A stretch of DNA of 63,857 bases, filler included, from an uncultured Gemmatimonadota bacterium (GCA_964490075.1; 6 parts of 6 records of this genome joined end to end with filler, not necessarily neighbours in it); one strand, 5' to 3'. Positions 20,566 through 30,652 are shown, counted from the first letter of the whole stretch. A program made the numbers and translations. The notes: generated from the sequence alone by a model not told the origin.

Positions 20566-22038
20566 CTACTCAGCAGGCTCCGACGCCTCGACGTAGTCGA
20601 TCACGTCGCCGAAAATGACCAGCTCGTTGGCCTGGTCGTCCTGGAAACGGGTGTCGACGCGCCATTGCAGAGAGGTGCTTCCACCGTCGGCGAAATTGCC
20701 GAGATCGAGCATCGCCACCACGCTCAGATCGTCCAGATCGACCCCGAGATCGGCGGGATCGACATCGACGTGTGTGGTGTCTCCCACCACGACCTCGTCG
20801 ATCTCGAAGAAATCGAGCGCGTTGTTGGGGATCGCCGACGGATCGGAGACGAAGGCGTAGCGGTCGTTGGAATCGTCGCGGTCGACGTACCAGACATCGG
20901 CCGGATCGTGACTGGTGACCTCCAGCGTACCGCCCTGGTTGATCAGGCTGGTGATGACCAGCACCTCGGCGGCCGCGCGCAGATTGGGCGCGTCGCAAGG
21001 CTCGCAGGCACCGGTGACCTCGCCGGCGACCAGGTCCGTCCCCACGTCGACCCAGTAGACGTCGCTGGTGTCATCTTCGCTCTCGACCACTCGGTAGAGC
21101 GCCACGTCGTTGGTGTCGGAGACGCCGGTGCCGGTCTTGATCACCTGCCCGAGATGGCCCTGAATCGTGTCGCCCGCGGCGAAAAGCCCGTGCTCGAGCT
21201 GGGTGGTGTCGGCCCAGAAGACGATCGTGAAGTCGGCGGTCGAGGTCGGCGTGACCTCGCGATTCCAGACGTGGCTGGCGACCGGGTAGTCGGTGACATC
21301 TTCGACGCCGTCGCGGTAGCTGCTTACCCGGAACATCCACTCGCCGCCCACGTCGACCGAATCGACCTGGTCGGCCGGATAGATGCCATCGAACACCGGC
21401 GGGTAGGTGACCTCTCCCGGGATCACGTAGTAGCTGCTGGAGATCAAGGAATCGATGCGCGCCATGACCTGAGAGGCGTTGCTCTGCGAGTCGCTCCAGA
21501 CCGAATCGATGGCGGCGTCGGTGTCGACGTTCCAATCGATCAGCGCATCGATCACACCGCCGTTGATCTCCTCGTCTTCGTCGGTGTGCCAGGGGTCGCG
21601 CTCCACCTCGATCTGTGCGTAGCGATCGACCGCGGCGACGTACTTGGCCGGTCCGACATATCCCTCTTCCCGCACCGTCAGGGTGGAATCGACGAATACG
21701 AACTGCCACGCCGCGTTGATGTTCTGGCCGAAGGTCGCCGACGCGAGGTCGGAGTCGACTCGATCGCCCGACGCCCAGACCAGCAGCGCGTTGTCGACCG
21801 TCGTGGTGTCGCCGTCTCCGGCGATCACCGGGGTGCCGTCGGCATTCAGGTAGTAGGCCTCGGCGATCGCATCGATCACCTGATCGAGGGCGCCCAGGGC
21901 GGTTCCCGGGGCGAGATCGGGGGGCTCAGGACCGATCGGAGGGTTCGATCCGTCTTCGTCCTCGAAACAGCCGGTAACGATCAGCAAGGCGCCCAGAACG
22001 CCAAGGGCGGGAAGACGGTGCCGAAGATAGGAGGGCAT
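20566..22038 (-). CDS. Highly acidic lipoprotein of unknown function
   Basis: Signal with LIVTG-C lipobox. Asp-rich, beta-rich 490 aa. GGAGAGG RBS. Confidence 0.8.
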   Translation of the reverse strand: MPSYLRHRLPALGVLGALLIVTGCFEDEDGSNPPIGPEPPDLAPGTALGALDQVIDAIAEAYYLNADGTPVIAGDGDTTTVDNALLVWASGDRVDSDLASATFGQNINAAWQFVFVDSTLTVREEGYVGPAKYVAAVDRYAQIEVERDPWHTDEDEEINGGVIDALIDWNVDTDAAIDSVWSDSQSNASQVMARIDSLISSSYYVIPGEVTYPPVFDGIYPADQVDSVDVGGEWMFRVSSYRDGVEDVTDYPVASHVWNREVTPTSTADFTIVFWADTTQLEHGLFAAGDTIQGHLGQVIKTGTGVSDTNDVALYRVVESEDDTSDVYWVDVGTDLVAGEVTGACEPCDAPNLRAAAEVLVITSLINQGGTLEVTSHDPADVWYVDRDDSNDRYAFVSDPSAIPNNALDFFEIDEVVVGDTTHVDVDPADLGVDLDDLSVVAMLDLGNFADGGSTSLQWRVDTRFQDDQANELVIFGDVIDYVEASEPAE

Positions 22039-22263
22039 GGGTTCCTCTCCAAGAGATCCTAAAGATCGGTCAGGACCCGATCCGCGGGCAGCGAGCAGGA
22101 TCGATGATGGTATGGGCGCCCTTTGGGGGTGTCAAGCGCGCGCACCGCCCGCGCAAGGCCACCGACAAAGTCGCGGTGAGGCTGAGCCAGCCACTGGAGG
22201 AAGGATGGCATGGGAGATCGAGGCGCCCCAACCGAGGCTTGAGCGCGAGGATTTAGGCGTTTA

Positions 22264-22442
22264 GGGTCGGCGAAGAAATAGCTCCCCGGGTTTGCGCCCA
22301 GATGTGCCGTGGATCCGGTCGATCGGTGAGGTCCGAAACCGGAGGAATAGCAGAGCTATTTCGAGGATTTCGGGGCTCGCCGATCGGCCGGAGACGCGGT
22401 GCAGATGGGATGCAAACACGGGAGTTATTTCTTCGCCGACCC
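22264..22442. mobile_element. MITE (179 bp) with terminal inverted repeats and TTA target duplication
   Basis: GGGTCGGCGAAGAAATAGCTCCC ... GGGAGTTATTTCTTCGCCGACCC (22/23 match). TTA at 22261-22263 and 22443-22445. Confidence 0.75.
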
Positions 22443-22526
22443 TTAGGCCATGCTGGAGCGGACAGTGGGCGCACCGGTGCGCCTTGCGTGGTTTGCGGCG
22501 ATGTCCTGGCTTTGGGCGGCGGGTGC

Positions 22527-22736
22527 TTACACGCCAACGAGTTGCAGGGTCTTCTCAGACCTTCGAGCCAGGTGCCGAGTGGCGGCGGCGATATTGCTGG
22601 CCTTCGCGAGCCGCAGCAGACTGATGGCGAGATTGCGTAGGCTGGCCAAGGCGTGCGGACTGTTGCCCTTGCGCACCTGGGAGCGGTCTTCGTCGTAGGT
22701 CATATCGCGGACATGATGGAGTCGGGTCTCGATCTG
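22527..22736 (-). pseudogene. ISAs1 family transposase C-terminal fragment
   Basis: [41 protein letters not shown] matches the ISAs1 IENxLHWxxDxxFxED motif. Confidence 0.85.
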
Positions 22737-23010
22737 CTGCGAGCTCCACGAATGCAGCCGCTGCCTCGCCCGCAACGGCGACCGACGACCCATCACGTCC
22801 TGCGGTCCGGCTCTTCAGTGCGCCGTACTCCACGCCGACCGCCCTCGCGACGGCATACGCACCGTACTCCTCTGCCAGCGCTACGGCCGCATCCCACAGC
22901 TCAGAGGGCATCGCGCCGAGCTTCGTCCGAGTACGACGCCACTCGATGACCCGCATCCGAAGCTCGCCGGCAGCTGGAGGCAGCGGCCCCCGTCGTTTCC
23001 TGCGTGCCAT
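22737..23010 (-). pseudogene. IS66-like accessory (TnpA-like) gene fragment
   Basis: WRRTR...[33 protein letters not shown]...AFVEL, broken at the junction with the ISAs1 fragment. Confidence 0.6.
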
Positions 23011-23168
23011 GGTCGGTCCTCCTGGCGGTGGCCGCGCGGCCGCCGCGGTCGGAAACCGACCGTAGCGCGGAGGGATCCGGCCGGTCACGCACGCTCACCG
23101 GAGGGACACTGAACACCTAAGTGGAGCGCGTTGCGCATGACTGCCCATAGAGAGATCGGAGCGCGCGG

Positions 23169-24764
23169 CTACATCCCCCAGACCGTGATCGCCAGCCCGT
23201 CGTGGGTCGCCTCACGCCGAAACACTTTTTCGTCCCACGCCACCTCGGCGCGGCGATCGAACACCATCAGATGTGCCTCGGCCGCGCCGGTTCGTTGCAC
23301 GTAGTCGTGAGTCTGCCGCAAGCCCTGAGCAATGGTCGCCTCTAGCGACTTGTGCAGCAGCTTCAGCTCGATCACCACACGTTGCACCGGGCCCAGAAAA
23401 CCCTGCTCCGGGTCGAGCGGCCACTGCACCAGAAGATCGGTGCGCATCCGCCCCAGTCCGTACTCTCGGTCTATGCGGCCGCCGCCGTTGACGATGCGTT
23501 GCAGAAAGGCCTGCAGCAGCAGCTGCGGGCCGGCCTCTTTGTATTGAAAGCGCTCGAGCCAGCTCTCGCTCTGCTCCCGGAAGAAGGTCTGAAAGGCCGC
23601 CAGCAGCTTCGGCATGTCGAGACGGCGGTCCGCCGTGACATACCAGGCCCTTCGGTGGGCGATCGTCACCTGGGTGCCATAGGAGAGCTCGCGCGGGATC
23701 ACCTCACGGTAGATCGCGTTGCTAATCGCCAGCTGTGGCCGGCTCGTGATCAGGCCGAGATCCTCCACATATGAGATGTCGTCTCGCGGGATCGCAGTGA
23801 CGTCCTCTCCGCCCACCAGCAGCGTGGCGACGACACGCCGCACCCGCGGCTCCTCTAGCTTGTCGGTCAGCTGGTCGAGGTGGGTTGCGCGGCTCATGAT
23901 CAATCGCTCCTTGGCCGCCGCCATCACCTCCGCGGTGATCGGCCGTGCTCGGTCCCGCACACCCTCTGGCTTGAAGCAGGCCTCATAGGCCAAGGCGTTC
24001 ACCAGCCAAGGCTGGCCGGCGGTGTCGCTCCACGCGGCCGCCAGCGCCCCCTCGTCAAAGAGCTGACCCGTCGCCGCGGTGTGTTGAGCGTAAAGCGCGC
24101 GCAGCTCCGGTTCGCTGAAGTCACCCAGCCGCAGCGACTCCGCCTTGATGTTGAAGCACGAGCCGCCCGTGATCACCTCTTTCCGGCTCGACGAGTGGAT
24201 CCGGTAGTCCTTGATGTCGCGCACGCCACAAAGCACGATGCTTTGCGGGAACGCGCGGGGACGCTTGGTATACCCTGCGCGAATCTGCCGCAGCACGGTG
24301 ATCAGTGTGTCGCCCACCAGCGAGTCGATCTCGTCGATGAAAAGTACCACCGGCTTGGGGCTGGCCCGACAGAGCGCGATAAGCGCTGTCGACAGCGCGT
24401 TGGCCGTCTCGCCGCCGCGCCGCACCGCGCGCACCGCGTCCGCCAAGGTCGCGTCCCCCGTGTAGTAGTCGACGTCCTCCGCCAGCGCGTCCACCAACGC
24501 CGTCATCGCGGCGACGACATCCTCGCGCAGCCCCTGCCCAACTTCGACGTTCATGTAGACGCAGCAGTAGTCGCCCGAGGCGTTCAGCTCGCGCAGCAGA
24601 CCGAGCAGCGCCGAGGTCTTGCCGGTCTGGCGCGGGGCGTGCAAGACGAAATACTTCTCTTGCGCGATGAGTGACAGGAGGTCGTCGTCGGCCAGACGCG
24701 CGAAGGGATCGAGCGCGTAGTGCTTGGCGGGGTTCACCGGACCTGCGGTGTTGAAGAACTTCAT
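23169..24764 (-). CDS. AAA-like ATPase with C-terminal PD-(D/E)XK nuclease-like domain
   Basis: FFNTAGP, HAPRQTGKTS, LFIDEIDSL, FNIKAESL, REYGLGRMRTDL...VIELK. Confidence 0.9.
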   Translation of the reverse strand: MKFFNTAGPVNPAKHYALDPFARLADDDLLSLIAQEKYFVLHAPRQTGKTSALLGLLRELNASGDYCCVYMNVEVGQGLREDVVAAMTALVDALAEDVDYYTGDATLADAVRAVRRGGETANALSTALIALCRASPKPVVLFIDEIDSLVGDTLITVLRQIRAGYTKRPRAFPQSIVLCGVRDIKDYRIHSSSRKEVITGGSCFNIKAESLRLGDFSEPELRALYAQHTAATGQLFDEGALAAAWSDTAGQPWLVNALAYEACFKPEGVRDRARPITAEVMAAAKERLIMSRATHLDQLTDKLEEPRVRRVVATLLVGGEDVTAIPRDDISYVEDLGLITSRPQLAISNAIYREVIPRELSYGTQVTIAHRRAWYVTADRRLDMPKLLAAFQTFFREQSESWLERFQYKEAGPQLLLQAFLQRIVNGGGRIDREYGLGRMRTDLLVQWPLDPEQGFLGPVQRVVIELKLLHKSLEATIAQGLRQTHDYVQRTGAAEAHLMVFDRRAEVAWDEKVFRREATHDGLAITVWGM

Positions 24765-24864
24765 GCCGCCATATTACCTCAGTCGGAGGCGTCGACATCC
24801 GCGTGCGAGGTCCTCTCCACGATCGGGAGTGGGGGTGGGATGAACGCTCTCCGGCAGGACGGGG

Positions 24865-24917
<53 letters not shown>

Positions 24918-25017
24918 NNNNNNNNNNNNNNNNNNNNNNNNNNNNNNNNNNNNNNNNNNNNTTAATTAATTAANNNNNNNNNNNNNNNNNNNNNNNNNNN
25001 NNNNNNNNNNNNNNNNN

Positions 25018-25432
25018 AACCTACGTTTTCGGGATCCCGTGCCAGCCCTTCGTCCGCGGCCGCTAGCGCCGCCTTCCAGTCATACAGGCTCTCGTGGATC
25101 GCCGCCGCCAAGGCGAAGTGATCGGCGTCCTCCGGGTCGAGGCGGATCGCCTCGCGGGCGTGGACCAGCGCCTTCTTGTCCTCGTCGGCCCGCCACAGGG
25201 CCACCCCGAGCACATAGTGCGCGAGATCCCAATCGGGCGCCAGGTGTACCGCTCTCCGCGCGTTCGTGCAGGCCTCATCGTGGCGCTTCAGGTAGGAGAG
25301 GCTCTCCGCGAAGAGCACCAGGGCCAGCGGATCTTCCGGATCCTCCGCCAGGACCCGGGTCAGCTCCTCCGCCGCCAGTTGGAATCGATTCTGCTTGATC
25401 AGCAGCCGGGCACGCTCGATCGCCGGTTTCAT
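25018..25432 (-). CDS. Tetratricopeptide repeat protein (3' truncated by contig end)
   Basis: MKPAIERARLLIKQNRFQLAAEEL...AVHLAPD...AIRLDPED TPR units. ATGA overlap with the AAA gene. Confidence 0.85.
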
Positions 25433-26850
25433 TCTATTCCCAGGTAGCTCAGTATCTCGTCGTAGAGGCCGCCTTCGTTGGCGTAGAGAGCGTAGTTGCG
25501 GGCGGTGGCGAACCACTCCTTGGTCGTGGCGCGGGTGCGTTTGGCGGCGTCGAGCAGATCGCTGCCGGCGATCGGCACGGGCTTGCCGCTCTTCATCGCC
25601 GCGCGCAGCTTCTCCTCCACGCAGAGGTCGACGATCGCCTTGAGATCCGCGCCCGAGAAATCCCCGGTCCGCTTCGCCAGCTTGGCCCGATCGACCTTCT
25701 CCGTCGGCTTGTCTCGCAGCAGCAGACGCATGATCTCGCCCCGTGCTTCCTGATCCGGAGGTGGCACGAAGAGCACGCGATCGAAACGCCCAGGCCGCCG
25801 AAACGCGTTGTCCAGGTGCCAGGGGGCGTTGGTGGCGGCCAGGATCAGCACCCCCTCATTGGCGGCCCCGATGCCGTCGAGCTCCGAGAGGAACTGGTTG
25901 ATCAGATGACGGCCGCCGCTGCGCTTCATGTCCGAGCGGCTGGCCCCCAGTGCGTCGACCTCGTCGAAGAAGAGCACACAAGGGGCCGCGCGCCGGGCCT
26001 GCTCGAAGATGGCGTGCAAGCGTTTCTCGCTCTGTCCAATCCACATATCGAGCACGTCGTTCAAGCCGACCGAGACGAAGGAGGCCTTCACCTCTCCCGC
26101 GGTGGCTCTGGCCAGGTGGGTCTTGCCGCATCCCGGCGGACCGTAGAGCAAGATGCCCCCTCCCGCCTTCTTGCCGTAGGCCTGGTACAGCTCCTGATTG
26201 GTCATGGGCAGAATGATCTTGAGCCGGATCTCCTCCTTGAGAGTCTCCATTCCGCCCACGTCGGAGAAGCTGATCCCGGGATTCTCGACGAAGGACGCCG
26301 GTCCATCGTCGACACCATCCTCTTCGGCATGGCGCATGCGGCCCCCCTCGACGAACGATGGCTCCTCGTCGTCGCTGGCGAGGAGCTCGGGCAGTGAGCG
26401 CGCCCCCGCCCGCGTCTCCTCGTCCCGGGCCTGCTCTTCCACCTCCGGGCGGCCGAGACGCAGCTCCAGCTCCTCGTCGAGCAGAGTCTCGTCCCGCCTC
26501 TTCGCCTCTTCGTACGCGGCGACCGCTTCTTCCACCAGGCCTTGGCGGAGCGCCACACGGGCGAGCAAGAGGAAGGCTTGCGCCGGCGCCTCGACGTCGC
26601 GCACCAGGTCTTCCAGCACCACCAGCGCCACGCTGTTCTTGCCCTGGCTGGTGCAGGCGCGTGCCAGCCCCAGCTTGGCGCGAGCGTTTTCCGGCTGCAG
26701 CTGCAGACAACGCTTGAGCTCCGGCTCGGCCTTCTCCGGCTGCCCCGCGGCGAGGTAGGTTTCGGCCAGCAGAAGCCGCAAGGGGACGTTCGTCGGGGTC
26801 GCCCGCAACGCCTCCAGGAGCCCCTGGATCTGCTCATCGGTCGGATTCAC
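25429..26850 (-). CDS. AAA+ ATPase (classic CDC48/Vps4-like) with N-terminal TPRs
   Basis: N-terminal TPRs; FSDVGG, YGPPGCGKT, MWIGQSEK, FFDEVD, ATNAPWHLDNAFRRPGRFDR. Confidence 0.92.
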   Translation of the reverse strand: MNPTDEQIQGLLEALRATPTNVPLRLLLAETYLAAGQPEKAEPELKRCLQLQPENARAKLGLARACTSQGKNSVALVVLEDLVRDVEAPAQAFLLLARVALRQGLVEEAVAAYEEAKRRDETLLDEELELRLGRPEVEEQARDEETRAGARSLPELLASDDEEPSFVEGGRMRHAEEDGVDDGPASFVENPGISFSDVGGMETLKEEIRLKIILPMTNQELYQAYGKKAGGGILLYGPPGCGKTHLARATAGEVKASFVSVGLNDVLDMWIGQSEKRLHAIFEQARRAAPCVLFFDEVDALGASRSDMKRSGGRHLINQFLSELDGIGAANEGVLILAATNAPWHLDNAFRRPGRFDRVLFVPPPDQEARGEIMRLLLRDKPTEKVDRAKLAKRTGDFSGADLKAIVDLCVEEKLRAAMKSGKPVPIAGSDLLDAAKRTRATTKEWFATARNYALYANEGGLYDEILSYLGIE

Positions 26851-26900
26851 GTCGCACCTCTCCGGGCTCCGTGGAGTTCCCTGCGCCGGAGGATACTAGT

Positions 26901-27632
26901 TCAGCGTCGTCCCGTGACTCCCCGTGATCGTGCGCGAGCCGCTCGCTCGAACCACAGCACCGGCCATCCCCGCGCCAGCGCCACCCGGCGCAGCCCGCCG
27001 TCGGGATTGACCACGAAGGGGTGGCCGACCGCCTCCAGCAGCGGCAGATCCGTCACGTTGTCGCTGTAGAAGGCGCAGGCGTCGAGGACGGCGCCGTGGT
27101 GGCGGGCGTGCTCCCGGGCCTTGAGCACCTTGCCCTGCCCGAACACCGCGGGACCGACCATGCGCCGCGTCAGCACCCCATCCTCGAACGCGAACTCGGT
27201 GGCCAGCGCGTCGTCGCAGCGCAGGTGACGCCGCACCTCCTCCAGGATGAAGGGCGAGGTCGACGAGAGCAGCGCCACCCGGCTGCCGGCCTCGCGGTAG
27301 CGCCGCAGCAGGTCGACCCCCTCCTCGTAGAGCCGCTCCCGCACCACCGCCTCGAAGCACTCGCGCGACACCGCGCGCAGCTCTTCCCGGCTGCAGCCGA
27401 TCCAGGGCGCCAGACCGTCGCGCAGGATTTCGTAGTAGTCGGCCCGGTGCAGGCGGTAACGCGCCAGGTGCACCAGCGAGAGAAACACCGGACGGATGCC
27501 GAGGCGCCCCCGGCGCAGCAGGTAGAGCCCGGCCAGCACCGCGGAGACGCCGTCCATCAGTGTGCCGTCGAGATCGAAGTAGACGATCGCGGGAGGCGGA
27601 TCGGGGAGCGCTGGCGTTTGATGTTCGTGCAT
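26901..27632 (-). CDS. HAD-IB family hydrolase (SerB-like)
   Basis: FDLDGTL, LLSST, GQGK, FYSDNVTDLPLLEAVGHPFVVNPD. Confidence 0.9.
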   Translation of the reverse strand: MHEHQTPALPDPPPAIVYFDLDGTLMDGVSAVLAGLYLLRRGRLGIRPVFLSLVHLARYRLHRADYYEILRDGLAPWIGCSREELRAVSRECFEAVVRERLYEEGVDLLRRYREAGSRVALLSSTSPFILEEVRRHLRCDDALATEFAFEDGVLTRRMVGPAVFGQGKVLKAREHARHHGAVLDACAFYSDNVTDLPLLEAVGHPFVVNPDGGLRRVALARGWPVLWFERAARARSRGVTGRR

Positions 27633-27676
27633 GGTCGCTTGTTGGCTCGGGTCGAGCCCAGTAAAATACGCAAACC

Positions 27677-28399
27677 ATGGAAAACACAAGCGCTTTGCCC
27701 GAAGTCGACCTGCCTCCCGGCAAGGGATCGGATCATCTGAACGATCCACTCCACCGAATCGCCCGCGAAGGGCGTCCTTTCATCGCGGGCGGCATCGGGG
27801 CGGGAGCCTTGCTGCTGTGGATCGGCTGGAGCGCATTGGGGTGGTTGCTGCTCGTGCTGGGCCTCTTCTCGATCGTCTTCTTCCGCAATCCACAGCCCCG
27901 CGTCCCCGAGCTGCCGGGGGTCGCGGTGAGCCCCGCGCACGGCAAGGTGGTTGCCGTCGAGCAGGTCTTCGAGCCCCATTTCCTGAGGCAAGAGGCGCTC
28001 CACATCGCGGTCTTTCTCAACGTGGTCGACGTGCACGTGAACCGCGCGCCGGTCGCCGGCAAGGTGATCGAGACGCTCTATCATCCGGGTCAGTTCTTCT
28101 CGGCCACGACCGACAAGGCCGCCGAGCAGAACGAGCGCAACCACATCGTCTTCGAGTGCGACGAAGAGGGGGGACGGGGCGCGGAAGTGTTGCTGACGCA
28201 GATCGCCGGACTGATCGCGCGGCGCATCGTCAGCTACCCGCGAAAGGGAGAAGACTACCGGCGCGGCGAGGCCTTCGGCCTGATCCGCTTCGGCTCGCGC
28301 ACCGACGTCTGGCTACCGGCCGGCACTCGGCCGCTGGTGGCCGTCGGCGACCGAGTCGTCGGCGGAGAGACCATCCTCGGAGAGCTGCCTCGTGGTTAG
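27677..28399 (+). CDS. psd: Phosphatidylserine decarboxylase proenzyme
   Basis: FFRNPQ, SPAHGKV, DVHVNRAP, QIAGLIARRI, IRFGSRTD (self-cleavage GS). Confidence 0.95.
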   Translation: MENTSALPEVDLPPGKGSDHLNDPLHRIAREGRPFIAGGIGAGALLLWIGWSALGWLLLVLGLFSIVFFRNPQPRVPELPGVAVSPAHGKVVAVEQVFEPHFLRQEALHIAVFLNVVDVHVNRAPVAGKVIETLYHPGQFFSATTDKAAEQNERNHIVFECDEEGGRGAEVLLTQIAGLIARRIVSYPRKGEDYRRGEAFGLIRFGSRTDVWLPAGTRPLVAVGDRVVGGETILGELPRG

Positions 28400-29261
28400 G
28401 AAGCGCCCGGACGCCATGCGTCGCGGCATCTACGTGCTGCCGAGCCTGATCACCACCGGCGGCCTCGCCATGGGTTTCTGGTCGATCATCTTCACCGTGC
28501 AAGGCGCGCACGTGCCGGCGGCCTGGTGCATCGTCGGGGCGGGCTTCTTCGACAACCTCGACGGCCGCGTGGCGCGCGCTTCGGGCACCACCTCCCGTTT
28601 CGGCATCGAGTACGACTCCCTGGCCGACCTGGTCTCCTTCGGCGTCGCCCCGGCGCTGCTCGCCTACGGCTGGGCGCTGCAGGATTTCGGCCGTTTCGGC
28701 CTGCTCGCGGCCTTCCTCTACGTGGCCTGCGCGGCCATGAGACTGGCTCGCTACAACGTTCAGATCGACGCCGTCGACGCGCGGGTCTTTCGCGGCCTGC
28801 CGACCCCCGGCGGCGGCGGCATGATCTGCTCCACCGTGCTCTTCTTCGAGGCCTACGGCGAAGTGCTGCCCAGGATCGAAGTGCCGCTGGTGGGCAGCGC
28901 CGGCATGGTGGTGCTGGTCTATCTGCTCGACTACCTGATGATCTCCTCGATCCAGTACACCAGCAACAAGGGCGCCGGGGCGCGGCGCGCGCCGCTGGAG
29001 CGGGTGGCTCTGGTGATTCTCTTCCTCAGTTTGATTCTGTGGGAGCCGGAGCTGATGCTCTTTCTGATCGGGGTTTTCTATATCTCCTCCGGCCCGCTGG
29101 GGATCGTGCCGCGGGCCCGGGCTCGGCGGCGCGCCGGAGGATCGTGGTTCCGCGATCCTGCGTCGGATTCCGGGGCGGATTCCGAGGCAGATTCCGAGGC
29201 CGAGGACTCCGACCCGAACGGGGGTGCGAACGGGGGGTCTTTCTCCGTCGTTCGCTCGTAG
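28392..29261 (+). CDS. pssA: CDP-diacylglycerol--serine O-phosphatidyltransferase
   Basis: DNLDGRVAR...FGIEYDSLADLVSFGVAP, RLARYN, FRGLPTP. Confidence 0.95.
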   Translation: MVRKRPDAMRRGIYVLPSLITTGGLAMGFWSIIFTVQGAHVPAAWCIVGAGFFDNLDGRVARASGTTSRFGIEYDSLADLVSFGVAPALLAYGWALQDFGRFGLLAAFLYVACAAMRLARYNVQIDAVDARVFRGLPTPGGGGMICSTVLFFEAYGEVLPRIEVPLVGSAGMVVLVYLLDYLMISSIQYTSNKGAGARRAPLERVALVILFLSLILWEPELMLFLIGVFYISSGPLGIVPRARARRRAGGSWFRDPASDSGADSEADSEAEDSDPNGGANGGSFSVVRS

Positions 29262-29323
29262 GCGATCGGCTAGTCTTCCCCGGCTGCGCTCTCCTCCCCC
29301 CTGAATCCCAACCGGAGGTGCCC

Positions 29324-30652
29324 ATGAGGCCCTCGATCGCGATCTGTGCCGTCGCTATCGCGACGCTTGCCGCACCCGAGGCGCGGGCCGACGCTGCCGG
29401 CTCGGGCTGGACCTTCTCGCTGCTCGGTGGAACCACCCTCATCGACGAGGACGACGAGGCCGACGACGACCTGCTGGTGGGTGGCCGCATCGGCTACATG
29501 CTCGGTTCGTACATCCACATCGAGGGCATGTTCCACAGCATGAAGTCCGCCGCCGACATGGCGCTCGGCGACGAGCTGCGCCTCGACCACTATGGCGTCG
29601 ACCTGGTCCTCAACCCCTTCCCGGGCGGTGTTCTGGAGCCCTATTTGGCGGGCGGCTATGCCGGCACCGATTGGAGGTTGACCGGAGGCGGCAACAATTT
29701 CAACGGATTCGAGGCCGGCGGTGGACTGCGTGTTCGCCTGGCGCGGGGCGACGGCTGGCGCTGGGATCTGCGCCTCGATGCCCGCGACGTCTTCTCCAAG
29801 CTGGACAGCCCGCTGGTCGACGCGAGCGTGGTCGACGACACCCATCAACAGATCCTGCTGAGCGCGGGTCTGCAGCTCAGCTTCCGGTCCAGAGAGAAGG
29901 ACTCCGACGGAGACGGTGTGATCGACAAGCTGGATCGCTGCGCCGAGACCCCGGCGGGAGCCATGGTCGATGCCGAGGGTTGCCCCTTCGACAGCGACGG
30001 AGACCGGGTCGTGGATGGTCTGGACCGGTGCCCCGGCAGTCCCCGTGGAGCCCTGGTCGACAGCCGAGGCTGCCCGGCCGATCGAGACGGCGACGGGGTT
30101 TACGATGGCCTGGATCGCTGCGACAACACGCCCCGCGGCGTGCCGGTCGATGCCCGTGGTTGCACCAGGGATTCCGACGGCGACGGCGTGCACGATGGGA
30201 TCGACCGTTGCCCGCGTACCAAGCAGGGGGTCGAGGTCGACGCCAAGGGCTGCGAAGTCACCAAGCTGGAACGGGCCATGCTCGACACCGGTCTGATCCG
30301 CCTAGACTCGATCTTCTTCGAGAGCGGCAAGGCGATCCTGAAGCCGGAGTCGTACCCGAGCCTCGACGAGGTGGGCCGGATTCTCGAGAAATGGCCCGGG
30401 CTGCGCATCGAGGTCGGTGGACACACCGATTCCCAGGGCGCGGCCGACATGAACCAGCGCCTCTCGGGCGATCGAGCCGGTGCGGTGCGCACCTACCTGG
30501 TGCAGCACTTCGCCACCCTCCAGTTGAGTCAGCTCGACGTGATGGGCTACGGCGAGACCCAGCCGATCGCCGACAACGACAGCAAGGAAGGCCGGGCGCG
30601 CAATCGGCGCGTCGAGTTCCGGGTGTTGAACCGGGGGACGCTCGAACGATAA
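29324..30652 (+). CDS. OmpA family protein (beta-barrel, four TSP3-like Ca-binding repeats, OmpA C-domain)
   Basis: Signal MRPSIAICAVAIATLAAPEARA; four DxDGDGVxDxxDRC...GC repeats; GHTDSQG, NQRLSGDRA, NRRVEF. Confidence 0.92.
   Translation: MRPSIAICAVAIATLAAPEARADAAGSGWTFSLLGGTTLIDEDDEADDDLLVGGRIGYMLGSYIHIEGMFHSMKSAADMALGDELRLDHYGVDLVLNPFPGGVLEPYLAGGYAGTDWRLTGGGNNFNGFEAGGGLRVRLARGDGWRWDLRLDARDVFSKLDSPLVDASVVDDTHQQILLSAGLQLSFRSREKDSDGDGVIDKLDRCAETPAGAMVDAEGCPFDSDGDRVVDGLDRCPGSPRGALVDSRGCPADRDGDGVYDGLDRCDNTPRGVPVDARGCTRDSDGDGVHDGIDRCPRTKQGVEVDAKGCEVTKLERAMLDTGLIRLDSIFFESGKAILKPESYPSLDEVGRILEKWPGLRIEVGGHTDSQGAADMNQRLSGDRAGAVRTYLVQHFATLQLSQLDVMGYGETQPIADNDSKEGRARNRRVEFRVLNRGTLER

Noticed and set aside
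29900-30253. 87-bp tandem repeats
   Set aside because: Explained by the TSP3-like Ca-binding repeats of the OmpA protein.
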